Shown here: positions 20,551-29,373 of the stretch, piece after piece
Layout of the letters: each line of letters opens with the position of its first letter
How positions within the stretch are numbered: position 1 is the stretch's first letter
NCBI GenBank assembly: GCA_903879915.1
Contig: CAIRNJ010000026.1
Span: forward strand, 21,433-85,432
Source: an uncultured Elusimicrobia bacterium
GTDB taxonomy: Bacteria; Elusimicrobiota; Elusimicrobia; Elusimicrobiales; UBA9959
DNA: 64,000 nt
Direction: 5' to 3'
The notes under the pieces: generated by a model
The model's database searches: none
Told to the model about the DNA's origin: nothing
Seen by the model: only the letters and a program-made list of their open reading frames with translations
Made by a program: the position numbers and the translations under genes

Positions 20551-21273
20551 TCAATTCTTCAGCAGCAGGTTCAGGGCGTGCATGGCGTTCTTGTTGAGCC
20601 GCGCGTCTATCAGCCCCCGGCGTATGGCGCGGGCCTGCTCGGGGCCGCCCCAGGCGCTGCCGCCCAGCGCTTTAAGCTTAAGGCAGATCTGCCGCACCGT
20701 GCGCTCGAGCTCATGTTCGGGCGGCTCCTTGGCTTCTCCGCGCCGGGCCAGCGGCGCGCTCGCGCCGTCCCTGGCCGCCAGCTCGTAGGCCACCACCGCC
20801 ACCGACTGCCCCAGGTTCATGGAGGGCTGGCGCGGGCGGGTGGGGATGTTTATAATGGCCTGGCAGAAGGACAGGTCTTCTTTGGTAAGCCCGGTCTTCT
20901 CCGGCCCGAAAACGATGCCCACCTTTCCCCCCGCCGGCTCCCGGGCTATCAGGGCGTTCACCTCTTTAAGCAGGATAACGTCGCGCTCGGGGACCATCCG
21001 GTGCAGCGAGGACGTGCCCAGCAGCAGCGCGCAGCCGGCCGCGGCTTCGGTTATGCTGCCGAAGATGCGGGCCGCCTCTATCACTTCCATCGAATCGATG
21101 GCGGAGACCGAGGCTTCCGCGCGCCAGACGTTCTTCGCCTCGCTCCAATCGGATTCGAACGGGTTCACCAGGGCCAGGTCGGCCAGGCCGAAATTGGCCA
21201 TGGCGCGGGCGCAGGCGCCGATATTGTCGGGGTTGCGGGGCTTTACGAGGATGATCCTGATGTCCGTCTTCAT
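20551..21273 (-). CDS. trmJ: SpoU/TrmH-family RNA 2'-O-methyltransferase (TrmJ-like)
   Basis: 240 aa with IRIILVKPRNPDNIGACARAMANFG, VGIVFGPEKTGLT and SMNLGQSVAVVAYEL. Confidence 0.7.
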   Translation of the reverse strand: MKTDIRIILVKPRNPDNIGACARAMANFGLADLALVNPFESDWSEAKNVWRAEASVSAIDSMEVIEAARIFGSITEAAAGCALLLGTSSLHRMVPERDVILLKEVNALIAREPAGGKVGIVFGPEKTGLTKEDLSFCQAIINIPTRPRQPSMNLGQSVAVVAYELAARDGASAPLARRGEAKEPPEHELERTVRQICLKLKALGGSAWGGPEQARAIRRGLIDARLNKNAMHALNLLLKN

Positions 21274-22043
21274 CCGGGGCGGGCGCCGTTCTTCGGGAGC
21301 CTGAAATCCTGTATCTGCCGTATCCCGGGTTCAAGTTCCGGGGCGCCGGGCCTGTGCTGCGTCACTACGAAGAAGGACGCGGCGCCGGGAAAGCGGGCGT
21401 GCAGGATGTTGGAGTTGGCCGGCTCGTTCTCGAAGACCGCCATCACTTCGCCCAGGCGGTCGATATATTCGCTCACTTCCTTCTTGAAGATCTCGTCGTC
21501 CTGCTCGAATTCCTTTTTCACGATGGTCATGGTGCCGGCCACGCCTACGGGGAAGCCGTACAGCCGCAGCACCTCGGTGGTGCCCACCAGCATCCTGCCC
21601 ACGTCGCGGCCGGTCAGGTAGATCACCGTGGCGCCGGCCTTGTGCACGCGCTCTACGTAGGCCTTGGCGCCGAGTATGGGCATGTCGTATTTCTGGTACT
21701 CGTCGGAGAAAAAGCGCTTCGCCCACTCCTGCTTGATGAAGGCTATTTCGGCGGGGTGCTTCACTCCCATCTTTTTTAGCGTTACGTCCAGGCTGTAGTC
21801 CACCGCGGAAAGGTCCTGGAAACGCTCGAACGCCGCGGCCAGCTCCGGCGCTTTCCCGTCGAACTTCTCCGAGATCTCCCGCAGTATGAAGATGGTCCGG
21901 GTGCGGTTGTCGAAAAGGGTGCCGTCGAGGTCGAAGATGGCCAGGGTGGACCTGCCCGCCGCCGTGCGTTCTTCCACCGCGCGCACCACCGCCTCCAGGG
22001 CCGGCGCGCCGCCGTTAGTTCCGCTGCGCTTGGTTCTTTTCAT
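21270..22043 (-). CDS. HAD-superfamily hydrolase
   Basis: 257 aa. Motif I is IFDLDGTLFDN, with a later LTGR and a C-terminal acidic motif region. 4-nt overlap with the trmJ-like gene. Confidence 0.7.
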   Translation of the reverse strand: MKRTKRSGTNGGAPALEAVVRAVEERTAAGRSTLAIFDLDGTLFDNRTRTIFILREISEKFDGKAPELAAAFERFQDLSAVDYSLDVTLKKMGVKHPAEIAFIKQEWAKRFFSDEYQKYDMPILGAKAYVERVHKAGATVIYLTGRDVGRMLVGTTEVLRLYGFPVGVAGTMTIVKKEFEQDDEIFKKEVSEYIDRLGEVMAVFENEPANSNILHARFPGAASFFVVTQHRPGAPELEPGIRQIQDFRLPKNGARPG

Positions 22044-22059
22044 GGCGGGTCTCCTCAGC

Positions 22060-23127
22060 TTATTTTTTCCCCGGCCCGAGGTATTGCCCCGTATAGCCGT
22101 CCAGGTAATATCTCAGCGAGCCGCAGTCCACGGTCCAGATCAGGCTGAACCCGGAGACCGGCGAGACCGCGGTGCTGAAGCGCCGCAGTTTCATGGAGAT
22201 GACCGGGTGGCCGGCGGCGCAGTCCGCCGGGGTCCTGCCCAGCACGAAGTCGCTGTCCTTGAAGATCAGAGGCAGCGGCTCGAAGCCTTTGAAGTTCCCG
22301 TACCGGCCGGTAAAATCCACCTCTTCGATGCTGGTCTTGTTCCTGCAGCCGCCGAAGGTCGTGCTGCCGGCGTGCGGAGCGGAGAAAACGTAGGTCCAGC
22401 CGTCGTCCGGGCCAAGGCATTTGGCGCTGCCGGTCCTGTCCACCAGGGCCTCGATCAGCATCAGCTTAGCTCCCTGCTGCTTGCGGCGCACCGTGTCCTC
22501 CGCCAGTTTTACGTATTTCCCAGCCGTATCGGTGCCTTTCAACGCCTTGGCCTGAAGCTGTCCCGGCGCGGCCGCCGCGGCGGCTCCCCAGTGCTTTTTC
22601 CCTTCGCAGTCCGCGAATACTTTCACCTTGCCCTGGGAGACGGTCCAGTAGCAGCCCGCCGGGCGGCCGTCCTTAGGCGGCAGATAGGCGGCGGTCATGA
22701 GTATGCTGCGGTCCCTCGCGCTGCCGGTGCCGGTAAATACCTTCTCCCGTTCCAGCATTCCCAGCACGGCACGGGAATCAGCGAAACGGGCGGGAAGCGC
22801 CCTGGTCGGCTCTTCGGCGATAGCCCGCGGAAAATGCCTGGAGGCGTTGATGAAATTATTGCCGCAGGTGTTCACTATCAGCCATTCGGCGGTAGCACTG
22901 GAGTAGTACTTATATTGCCAGATGTTCGAGAAGGACTTCCCTATGCAGGGGATATCCCCTGCCGGGTCCGTGAAGCCTTCTACCTCCACCAGCACGGCCC
23001 CGGGCACCCGGAGCTGCGCTTCGCCGGCCGCGGTACCGGTGCCTTCCGCGTTGGCGGCGGCCATGGCCGAAGCGGAGAAGCCCGGGAGGAGGAGCAGCAT
23101 AACGGCGCACGCTTTCAGCAGCCGCAT
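22060..23127 (-). CDS. secreted hypothetical protein, 8 Cys in the mature part
   Basis: 355 aa with signal peptide MRLLKACAVMLLLLPGFSASAMA. I recognise no family. The start overlaps the stop of the upstream thioredoxin-like gene (TAATG). Confidence 0.65.
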   Translation of the reverse strand: MRLLKACAVMLLLLPGFSASAMAAANAEGTGTAAGEAQLRVPGAVLVEVEGFTDPAGDIPCIGKSFSNIWQYKYYSSATAEWLIVNTCGNNFINASRHFPRAIAEEPTRALPARFADSRAVLGMLEREKVFTGTGSARDRSILMTAAYLPPKDGRPAGCYWTVSQGKVKVFADCEGKKHWGAAAAAAPGQLQAKALKGTDTAGKYVKLAEDTVRRKQQGAKLMLIEALVDRTGSAKCLGPDDGWTYVFSAPHAGSTTFGGCRNKTSIEEVDFTGRYGNFKGFEPLPLIFKDSDFVLGRTPADCAAGHPVISMKLRRFSTAVSPVSGFSLIWTVDCGSLRYYLDGYTGQYLGPGKK

Positions 23128-23477
23128 TACTTGTCCTCCTTCTTCGCGGTCCCGCCGCAGGCCCCGATGAAAGCGGTCAGGTTCTCCGCCGTCAAGCCCC
23201 TGCCCGGCTCGCCGTCGAGGCGTCCGGCAAGCTTTCCGCCGCTGAAGAACAGCACGGTCGGGACCACTTCCACTGAATACCTGTCCTCCAGGCCCGGCAG
23301 GCTGTCCGTGGAGACCTCAACGAAGGCCTTTCTTCCGCCGGCGGCCTGTTTTTCGAAGACGGGCGCGAACAGCCGGCAGAAGGGGCACCAGGCCGAGTAG
23401 AAAAGCGCGAAGCAGTCCCCCCCGGCCTCGACCGCAAGCCGGAAGTCAGCGTCGTTCTCGATGTGTTTTATCCCCAT
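23127..23477 (-). CDS. thioredoxin-fold protein (WCPFC active site)
   Basis: 116 aa. FALFYSAWCPFCRLFAPVFE is followed by a thioredoxin-like beta-alpha pattern. No signal peptide. Confidence 0.75.
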   Translation of the reverse strand: MGIKHIENDADFRLAVEAGGDCFALFYSAWCPFCRLFAPVFEKQAAGGRKAFVEVSTDSLPGLEDRYSVEVVPTVLFFSGGKLAGRLDGEPGRGLTAENLTAFIGACGGTAKKEDK

Positions 23478-23549
23478 ATTGTCTCCCGGCCTCCGCTGCC
23501 GCCGCCGTCCGGGACCTGCCGGGAAAAGCTCTCGGGGGAGCGCCCGCCG

Positions 23550-24230
23550 TTAGCGCCCGTCCGCGCCGTGGGTGCGCAGATATTCCAGGGCGTTCTTGGC
23601 GGCCTCCTGGTGGGCCTCTTTCTTGGTCTTGCCCGTTCCCAGGCCGAGGGTCTTTTTCCCTAAATAGACCCTCACCGTGAAGCGCTTGTCGTGCTCGGGC
23701 CCCTGCTCTTCCATCAGTTCGTAATCCGGCGGGTGCTTGTAGCGCTTCTGTATCTGTTCCTGCAGGCCGCTCTTGTAGTCGGCGTCCATGTCTTCCGGCG
23801 CCTGCGCGGCCAGCCAGGGTGCTATGATGGCTTCCACCGGCGCCAGCCCGCCGTCCAGGTACACGGCGCCCAGCACCGCTTCTATGGCGTTGGCCAGGAT
23901 GCTCTGCCGCCCTTTCCCGCCGCTCTGGTGTTCGCCGGCCCCCAGGAACAGGTGGTTGCCCAGGCCCAGCGCGGCGGCCCACCGGGCGAGGTTCGCCCGG
24001 GATACGATCGCCGATTTCGCCTTTGAAAGGAAGCCTTCGTCTTCGGTGGGATGAGTGCGGAAAAGATAACAGGATACGACCAAACCCAGGACGCTGTCGC
24101 CCAGAAACTCCAGCCGCTCATTGTCCGCCGGAGAGCCCCGCTCGGCCGCGTGCGACTTATGAGTCAGGGCTTCCTCGAGCAGCTTCCCGTTTTTGAATTT
24201 GTATCCTATTACTTCTTCAAGAAAAGCCAC
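23550..24230 (-). CDS. rnc: ribonuclease III
   Basis: 226 aa with a GTG start. Contains the NERLEFLGDSVLG signature and a C-terminal dsRBD (GTGKTKKEAHQEAAKNAL). Confidence 0.92.
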   Translation of the reverse strand: MAFLEEVIGYKFKNGKLLEEALTHKSHAAERGSPADNERLEFLGDSVLGLVVSCYLFRTHPTEDEGFLSKAKSAIVSRANLARWAAALGLGNHLFLGAGEHQSGGKGRQSILANAIEAVLGAVYLDGGLAPVEAIIAPWLAAQAPEDMDADYKSGLQEQIQKRYKHPPDYELMEEQGPEHDKRFTVRVYLGKKTLGLGTGKTKKEAHQEAAKNALEYLRTHGADGR

Positions 24231-24236
24231 GGCCTG

Positions 24237-24491
24237 TCAGTCTTTCTTCGAGGCTTTGTCATTGATATAGGCTACGGCTTCGCCGACGGTCTTGATCTTC
24301 TCGGCGTCTTCGTCGGGGATCTCAACGTCAAATTCCTCTTCGAGCGCCATTACGAGCTCTACGGTGTCGAGGGAATCGGCGCCGAGGTCCTGCACGAACT
24401 GGGCCTTCTCGGTGACTTCCGAAGAATCCACGGCCAGCTGCTCGATGATTATTTTCTTGACCCTTTCTTCCAAGTTTTCGGTAACTGCCAT
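24237..24491 (-). CDS. acpP: acyl carrier protein
   Basis: 84 aa with the [19 protein letters not shown] phosphopantetheine-site motif. Confidence 0.95.
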   Translation of the reverse strand: MAVTENLEERVKKIIIEQLAVDSSEVTEKAQFVQDLGADSLDTVELVMALEEEFDVEIPDEDAEKIKTVGEAVAYINDKASKKD

Positions 24492-24528
24492 TACGTTGCC
24501 CTCCTGAAGTATTATTGCTGCGCTAAGA

Positions 24529-25275
24529 TCACATGTACAGCCCGCCGTTCACCGCCAGCACCTGCCCCGTTATGTAGGAGCAGTCCCCCCCGGCCAGGAA
24601 CAGCGCGGCTTTCGCCACTTCCGCCGGCTCGCCCATGCGGCCCAGGGGTATCATCTCCGAAATTTTCGCCTTCGCCTCTTCCTTCAGCCCGTCCGTCATG
24701 CGGGTGCGTATGAAGCCCGGGGCCACGGCGTTGACCAGCACCTGGCGCGGCGCGAACTCGCGCGCCAGCGATTTCGTCAGCCCTATCAGGCCGGCCTTGG
24801 AGGCCGAATAGTTGGCCTGCCCCGCCTGGCCGCTCTGCCCTACCACCGAAGAAATGTTTATGATGCTGCCGGCGCGGGCCTTCAGCATCGGCTTCGCCGC
24901 GGCTTTCGCCATCAGGAAAGCGCCCTTCAGGTTCACGTCCATCACGGCGTCGAAATCCGCCTCTTTCATGCGCAGCACCAGGTTGTCGCGGGTTATGCCG
25001 GCGTTGTTCACCAGTATGTCCAGCTTCCCGAAAGCTTTGATGGTCTCGTCCACAGCGTTCCCGCAGTCGGCCTCTTTCGAGACGTCCATGCCCAGTCCGA
25101 TGGCGGCGGTCCCGGTCTTCGCGGCTATGCCGGCCGCCGCGGCCTGCGCTTCGGCGCCGGAGAGGTCGGCCACCGCCACGCGGGCGCCTTCGGCGGCGAA
25201 CAGCGAGGCTATTTCCAGACCTATGCCGCGCGCTCCGCCGGTGATAAGGGCCGTTTTCCCTTCCAGGCGCTTCAT
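24529..25275 (-). CDS. fabG: 3-oxoacyl-ACP reductase
   Basis: 248 codons from ATG 25275 with [12 protein letters not shown] and YSASKAG. The remainder of ORF 24529..26106 is read-through across plsX. Confidence 0.9.
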   Translation of the reverse strand: MKRLEGKTALITGGARGIGLEIASLFAAEGARVAVADLSGAEAQAAAAGIAAKTGTAAIGLGMDVSKEADCGNAVDETIKAFGKLDILVNNAGITRDNLVLRMKEADFDAVMDVNLKGAFLMAKAAAKPMLKARAGSIINISSVVGQSGQAGQANYSASKAGLIGLTKSLAREFAPRQVLVNAVAPGFIRTRMTDGLKEEAKAKISEMIPLGRMGEPAEVAKAALFLAGGDCSYITGQVLAVNGGLYM

Positions 25276-26327
25276 GCGGCCCCTTCGGCGGAAGAGGCGG
25301 CGGCCTCTTCGTTCCTGGCGGCCGAGATCCGGTCCTTCACCTGCTCCATCTGTTTCTTTATCTGCGCTACCAGCCCGGCTTCCGCCAGCTCTCCGCAGAT
25401 GCGCACCGAGTGAAAAATGGTGTTGGCCGTTACGCGGCCGTGGCAGACCAGCACCACGCCGTTCACGCCCAGCAGCGCCGCGCCTCCGTATTCGTCCACG
25501 GTCATTTTTTTCTTCATGTCGAGGAAGATCTTGCGCATCAGCATGGCGCCTATCTTGTAGGTGAACTTGCGCTGTATCTGGTCCTTGAGCATCTTGAAAA
25601 TAACTTTCCCCGCGCCTTCGTAAAGTTTCAGCGCGACGTTGCCGGTAAAGCCGTCGGCCACCACCACGTCGGTAAGGCCTTCCGGGATATCGCGGCCTTC
25701 CACCGGGCCGTGGAAGTTCAGGCCCATGGTCTTTATCAGCGGCAGGGTTTCCTGTATCAGCGAATCCCCCTTGGTCTCTTCTTCGCCGATGGACAGCAGC
25801 CCCACCGACGGGTTCTCGATCCTGAAAATGGCCCGCATGTAGATCGCGCCCATCACGGCGAACTGCGCCAGGTGCCAGGGCTTGCAGTCCATGTTCGCGC
25901 CGGCGTCCAGCAGCAGCGTTGTCCCTTTGTACGTGGGCAGCGGCGCGGCTATGGCCGGGCGTATCACGCCGGGGATGCGCTTGAGCTTCAGCATCGAGGC
26001 CACCATTATCGCGCCGGAGTTGCCGGCGGAAATGAACGCGTCGGCCTTGCCGTCGTGTACCAGCCCGGCCCCCACCATCAGCGTGGAATCGGGCTTCGAG
26101 CGGCATTCCTCCACCGGCTCGCTGGCCATATCGATAAGCTGCGGGGCGTGCACGATGCTTATCCTCTCGTGGTCTTCCGCGCCGAGGCGGCGCAATTCCT
26201 CGCGGATCTCCGGATCGCGGCCGACGAGGATTACCTCGTGCGGCAGCTTTTTAGCCGCCAGCAGCGCGCCTTCCAGATTCGGTTTCAGGCCGAAATCTCC
26301 GCCGTGAGCATCAAGCGCTATTCGCAT
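25272..26327 (-). CDS. plsX: phosphate acyltransferase PlsX
   Basis: 351 aa with MRIALDAHGGD, AFISAGNSGA and VCHGRV motifs. ATGA overlap with fabG. Confidence 0.92.
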   Translation of the reverse strand: MRIALDAHGGDFGLKPNLEGALLAAKKLPHEVILVGRDPEIREELRRLGAEDHERISIVHAPQLIDMASEPVEECRSKPDSTLMVGAGLVHDGKADAFISAGNSGAIMVASMLKLKRIPGVIRPAIAAPLPTYKGTTLLLDAGANMDCKPWHLAQFAVMGAIYMRAIFRIENPSVGLLSIGEEETKGDSLIQETLPLIKTMGLNFHGPVEGRDIPEGLTDVVVADGFTGNVALKLYEGAGKVIFKMLKDQIQRKFTYKIGAMLMRKIFLDMKKKMTVDEYGGAALLGVNGVVLVCHGRVTANTIFHSVRICGELAEAGLVAQIKKQMEQVKDRISAARNEEAAASSAEGAA

Positions 26328-26440
26328 GGATCTTTCATCACCTGTTAGGGCCGTAAGGCCGGCATTGAAGTGCTGTTTTTACCCTGCCCGCGCGGAACTC
26401 CGGCACAAGGGGCCCGAAGCTCCGGCCGCGGACGGCGATA

Positions 26441-26653
26441 TTACTTGGTCTCCCCGCCTTCTTCTTTCTTGGGGGCTTTCTTGGTTACTTCAACTTTGCC
26501 GTTGTAGGAGCCGCACGACGGGCAGACGCGGTGCGAGAGCCGCAGCGCGCCGCACTGGCCGCAGGGCTCGAGCTCTTTTACTTCCAGCTTCCAGTTCTGC
26601 GAGCGCCGGGAATCGCGGCGTGACCGTGTGTGTCGTTTTTTGGGATTTGGCAT
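26441..26653 (-). CDS. rpmF: 50S ribosomal protein L32
   Basis: 70 aa. Begins MPNPKKRHTRSRRDSRRS and carries a CxxC..CxxC zinc ribbon. Confidence 0.92.
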   Translation of the reverse strand: MPNPKKRHTRSRRDSRRSQNWKLEVKELEPCGQCGALRLSHRVCPSCGSYNGKVEVTKKAPKKEEGGETK

Positions 26654-26684
26654 TATGTTGTACCTCTTGCTCTAGTCTGTAAAA

Positions 26685-27260
26685 CTACTTGCTTCCTGGT
26701 TTTTTCTTTTTCGCCGGGGAACCGCCCCCGTCCTTGGGAGAGCCGTCTCCCGTCCTGACCGAAAATCCTTTCAGGCCCATGAAAGGCAGGGACTTGTCGA
26801 ACCTGCACGAACAGGCCTGCCTGTTAAGTTCGATGCCGCACTGGGGGCAGCGCCCCCTGCAGTCCTGCGAACATACGACCTTCAGCGGCGCGAGCAGGGC
26901 GGCCGTCTCCCTTATCAATTCGCGCGCGTCTATATATTCTACCGCATCCGGGTACAACTCGTCAAAAGTGTCGGAATATTTCCGGGTCACCGGAACGGCG
27001 CAGCGGGCGCAGATCAGGTTCAGTTCCGCTTCCACGCGGCCTTCCATCAGGATCGGCCCGTCCACTACGGAAAAGGACAGTTCCACCCGCAGGCTTTTCA
27101 GTGTTTCCGGCGTCTCGAAAGCGTCCGCGAAAAAAGCCGTGGAAGGCGTAAGCTCCAGCTTAAGAGCGCCTTTCTCCCGTATTTCGGAGCACTTGAAGAT
27201 CAAAGGGTCGTTTTCCTGCATAGCGGGTAATAAGATATCAACTATATGAGGCCGAGTCAA
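26685..27260 (-). CDS. yceD: YceD/DUF177 family protein (large-subunit rRNA accumulation protein)
   Basis: Classic position upstream of rpmF. Contains CARCAVPV and a C-terminal CxxC cluster. The TTG start at 27260 overlaps the GT2 stop. ATG 27221 is an alternative start. Confidence 0.65.
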   Translation of the reverse strand: MTRPHIVDILLPAMQENDPLIFKCSEIREKGALKLELTPSTAFFADAFETPETLKSLRVELSFSVVDGPILMEGRVEAELNLICARCAVPVTRKYSDTFDELYPDAVEYIDARELIRETAALLAPLKVVCSQDCRGRCPQCGIELNRQACSCRFDKSLPFMGLKGFSVRTGDGSPKDGGGSPAKKKKPGSK

Positions 27261-28225
27261 CCTTTAACGGCGTTCCCGGTGCCGGTCGGCGCGGTTTCCG
27301 CCACGGTGTAGGGCGGCTTGCGGTTGGCGCTGTGGTAGGTGCGCACGATCACCTCGGCCAGCAGGCCCATCACGGCGAACTGTATGCCCGCCAGCGCCAT
27401 GAAGACGGCCAGCAGGAACAGCGGCTGGTCCTTGACGAAGATCCCGTTGAAGAATTTATTGTAAAGCGTCCAGGCCGCCATCGCCGTCGCCGCGGCCCCA
27501 AGCCACAGGCTGATGCCGCCGAACAGGTAAATGGGCTTGGTGATGAAATCTCCCATGAACTTCACCGTCAGCAGGTCCAGCACCACCTTGAAGGTGCGCG
27601 CCAGGCCGTACTTGGAGCGTCCCGCCGTGCGCGGCCGGTGGTTCACTTCCAGCTCCGTGACGGAAGCCCCGGCGTAGTTCAGGATCGCCGGCAGGAAGCG
27701 GTGCATCTCGCCGTAAAGGTCCACCGACTTCAGCAGGGACGTCCGGTAGATCTTGAGCGTGCAGCCGAAGTCGTGCAGCTTCACGCCGGTGACGGCCGCG
27801 ATGATCATGTTCGCCGCGCGGGAAGGCAGCCTGCGGGAGAAGAGCTTGTCCCGGCGTTCGCGGCGCCAGCCGCTGACCACGTCGCTGCCGGCCCGGGCGG
27901 CCCTGAGCAGCGCGGCGATGTCGGCGGGATCGTTCTGCCCGTCGGCGTCCAGCGTGACGATCCATTCCCCCCCCGCCGCGGCTATGCCGGCGGCCAGCGC
28001 CGCCGTCTGCCCGAAATTGCGCGAAAGGCGCAGCGCCCGCTGTGGGCCGGCGGCGATGATCCCTTTCAGTTCCGCGAACGAGCCGTCGGTACTGCCGTCG
28101 TCCACCCAGATCACTTCGTAGGGCTGGCCCAGCGCGTCCAGCGCGGCCGCGAGCTCCCGCCCGAGCGGGGCCAGGGATTCCTTCTCGTTGAAGACGGGGA
28201 TGACCGCGGAGATGACGGGTTGCAT
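27257..28225 (-). CDS. GT2 polyprenyl-phosphate glycosyltransferase (GtrB/ArnC/DPM1-like)
   Basis: 322 aa with SAVIPVFNE, VIWVDDGSTDGS and LDADGQNDP, plus two C-terminal TM helices. Confidence 0.8.
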   Translation of the reverse strand: MQPVISAVIPVFNEKESLAPLGRELAAALDALGQPYEVIWVDDGSTDGSFAELKGIIAAGPQRALRLSRNFGQTAALAAGIAAAGGEWIVTLDADGQNDPADIAALLRAARAGSDVVSGWRRERRDKLFSRRLPSRAANMIIAAVTGVKLHDFGCTLKIYRTSLLKSVDLYGEMHRFLPAILNYAGASVTELEVNHRPRTAGRSKYGLARTFKVVLDLLTVKFMGDFITKPIYLFGGISLWLGAAATAMAAWTLYNKFFNGIFVKDQPLFLLAVFMALAGIQFAVMGLLAEVIVRTYHSANRKPPYTVAETAPTGTGNAVKG

Positions 28226-28231
28226 AATAGG

Positions 28232-29368
28232 TTAGCCTTTCCGGGCGAGCAGTTCCAGGTACAATTGCTCCTGCTGCCTCACCATGTGATCTATATCGAA
28301 TTCGGCCAGGTCCGTCGCCGCGGCGCCGGCGGCCAGGCTGGTGCGCAATGCCGCGTCGTCCATTACCTTCGCCAGCGCCGAGCAGAAACCGTCCAGGTCG
28401 TTTTTCTCGACGGAGTAGCCGTTCACGCCGTCGCGCAGGATATCGGCAACCCCGTCGGCGCGGTAGCACACCGCGGGCAGCCCGGTCTTGAAAGCCTCCA
28501 CCAGGCTGCGCGGCAAACCCTCCCAGAGGGAAGTGAGGGCGAAGACGTCCGAGGCCGCCAGGATCTCGGCTGAATCCGCCCGCCAGCCGGTGAACAGGCA
28601 GCGCCGCTCCAGCCCGCGCCGGGCGGCGTCGGCGCGCAGCCCGTCCAGCGCTTCCCCTCCGCCCACAAAAACGAAATAGGCCTTCGGGCGCGACGGCAGC
28701 AGGCGCGCCGCCGCCTCCAGGAAATCCCCCGGGTTCTTCTGCGGTTTCGCGTTGCCTATGCCGGTCACTACGAAAGCGTCAGGCGGCAGCCCGAGCCCGG
28801 CCAGCTTTCCCGCCCTGGAGATCTTCGCGGGATAGGCCGAAAGTTTTACGCCGCTGCGTATCAGGCGGTACTGCTCCGGCGTGCCTATGCCGGCCGCCAG
28901 CGCGGTGGCCATGTTGTCCCTGGAAACGAAGACCAGCGCGTCGCTGAACCGCGCGCAGAACTTCTCCAGCAGGATGAACAGGTTCCGTTTAAAGAAGCTC
29001 TGCCCGGGGTGGAAGCCGAAGCCGTGAAAGGTGTGTATCACCACCGGCACGCGCGCGGCGGCGGCGGCCAGCCGGCCGAGTATGCCGGCCTTCGAAGAAT
29101 GCGTGTGCGCCACGGCGGGCGCGGCCCGCCGCACCAGGCCGTAGAGGCTGCCCAGCGCTCTCAGGTCGGCGACCGGGCTGATGGCGCGGCCCAGGGCCGG
29201 CGCGTAAGTGAGCGTTCCGGGCGCGGCTTTTTCGTCGAGGATCCCGCCGGGGCCGGCCAGCAGGCCGACGTCGAACCTTTCGCGGTCGAGGTGCGCCACG
29301 GTGTAGAGCGTGTTGGCCTGCGCTCCGCCGAAATCCAGCCGGGTCACTATATGCAGCACTTTTACCAT
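28232..29368 (-). CDS. glycosyltransferase family 4 (GT-B fold)
   Basis: 378 codons from ATG 29368 (MVKVLHIVTRLDFGGAQ). The C-terminal region is the SLWEGLPRSLVEAFKTGLP type E-x7-E. Confidence 0.8.
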   Translation of the reverse strand: MVKVLHIVTRLDFGGAQANTLYTVAHLDRERFDVGLLAGPGGILDEKAAPGTLTYAPALGRAISPVADLRALGSLYGLVRRAAPAVAHTHSSKAGILGRLAAAAARVPVVIHTFHGFGFHPGQSFFKRNLFILLEKFCARFSDALVFVSRDNMATALAAGIGTPEQYRLIRSGVKLSAYPAKISRAGKLAGLGLPPDAFVVTGIGNAKPQKNPGDFLEAAARLLPSRPKAYFVFVGGGEALDGLRADAARRGLERRCLFTGWRADSAEILAASDVFALTSLWEGLPRSLVEAFKTGLPAVCYRADGVADILRDGVNGYSVEKNDLDGFCSALAKVMDDAALRTSLAAGAAATDLAEFDIDHMVRQQEQLYLELLARKG

Positions 29369-29373
29369 GCCGG

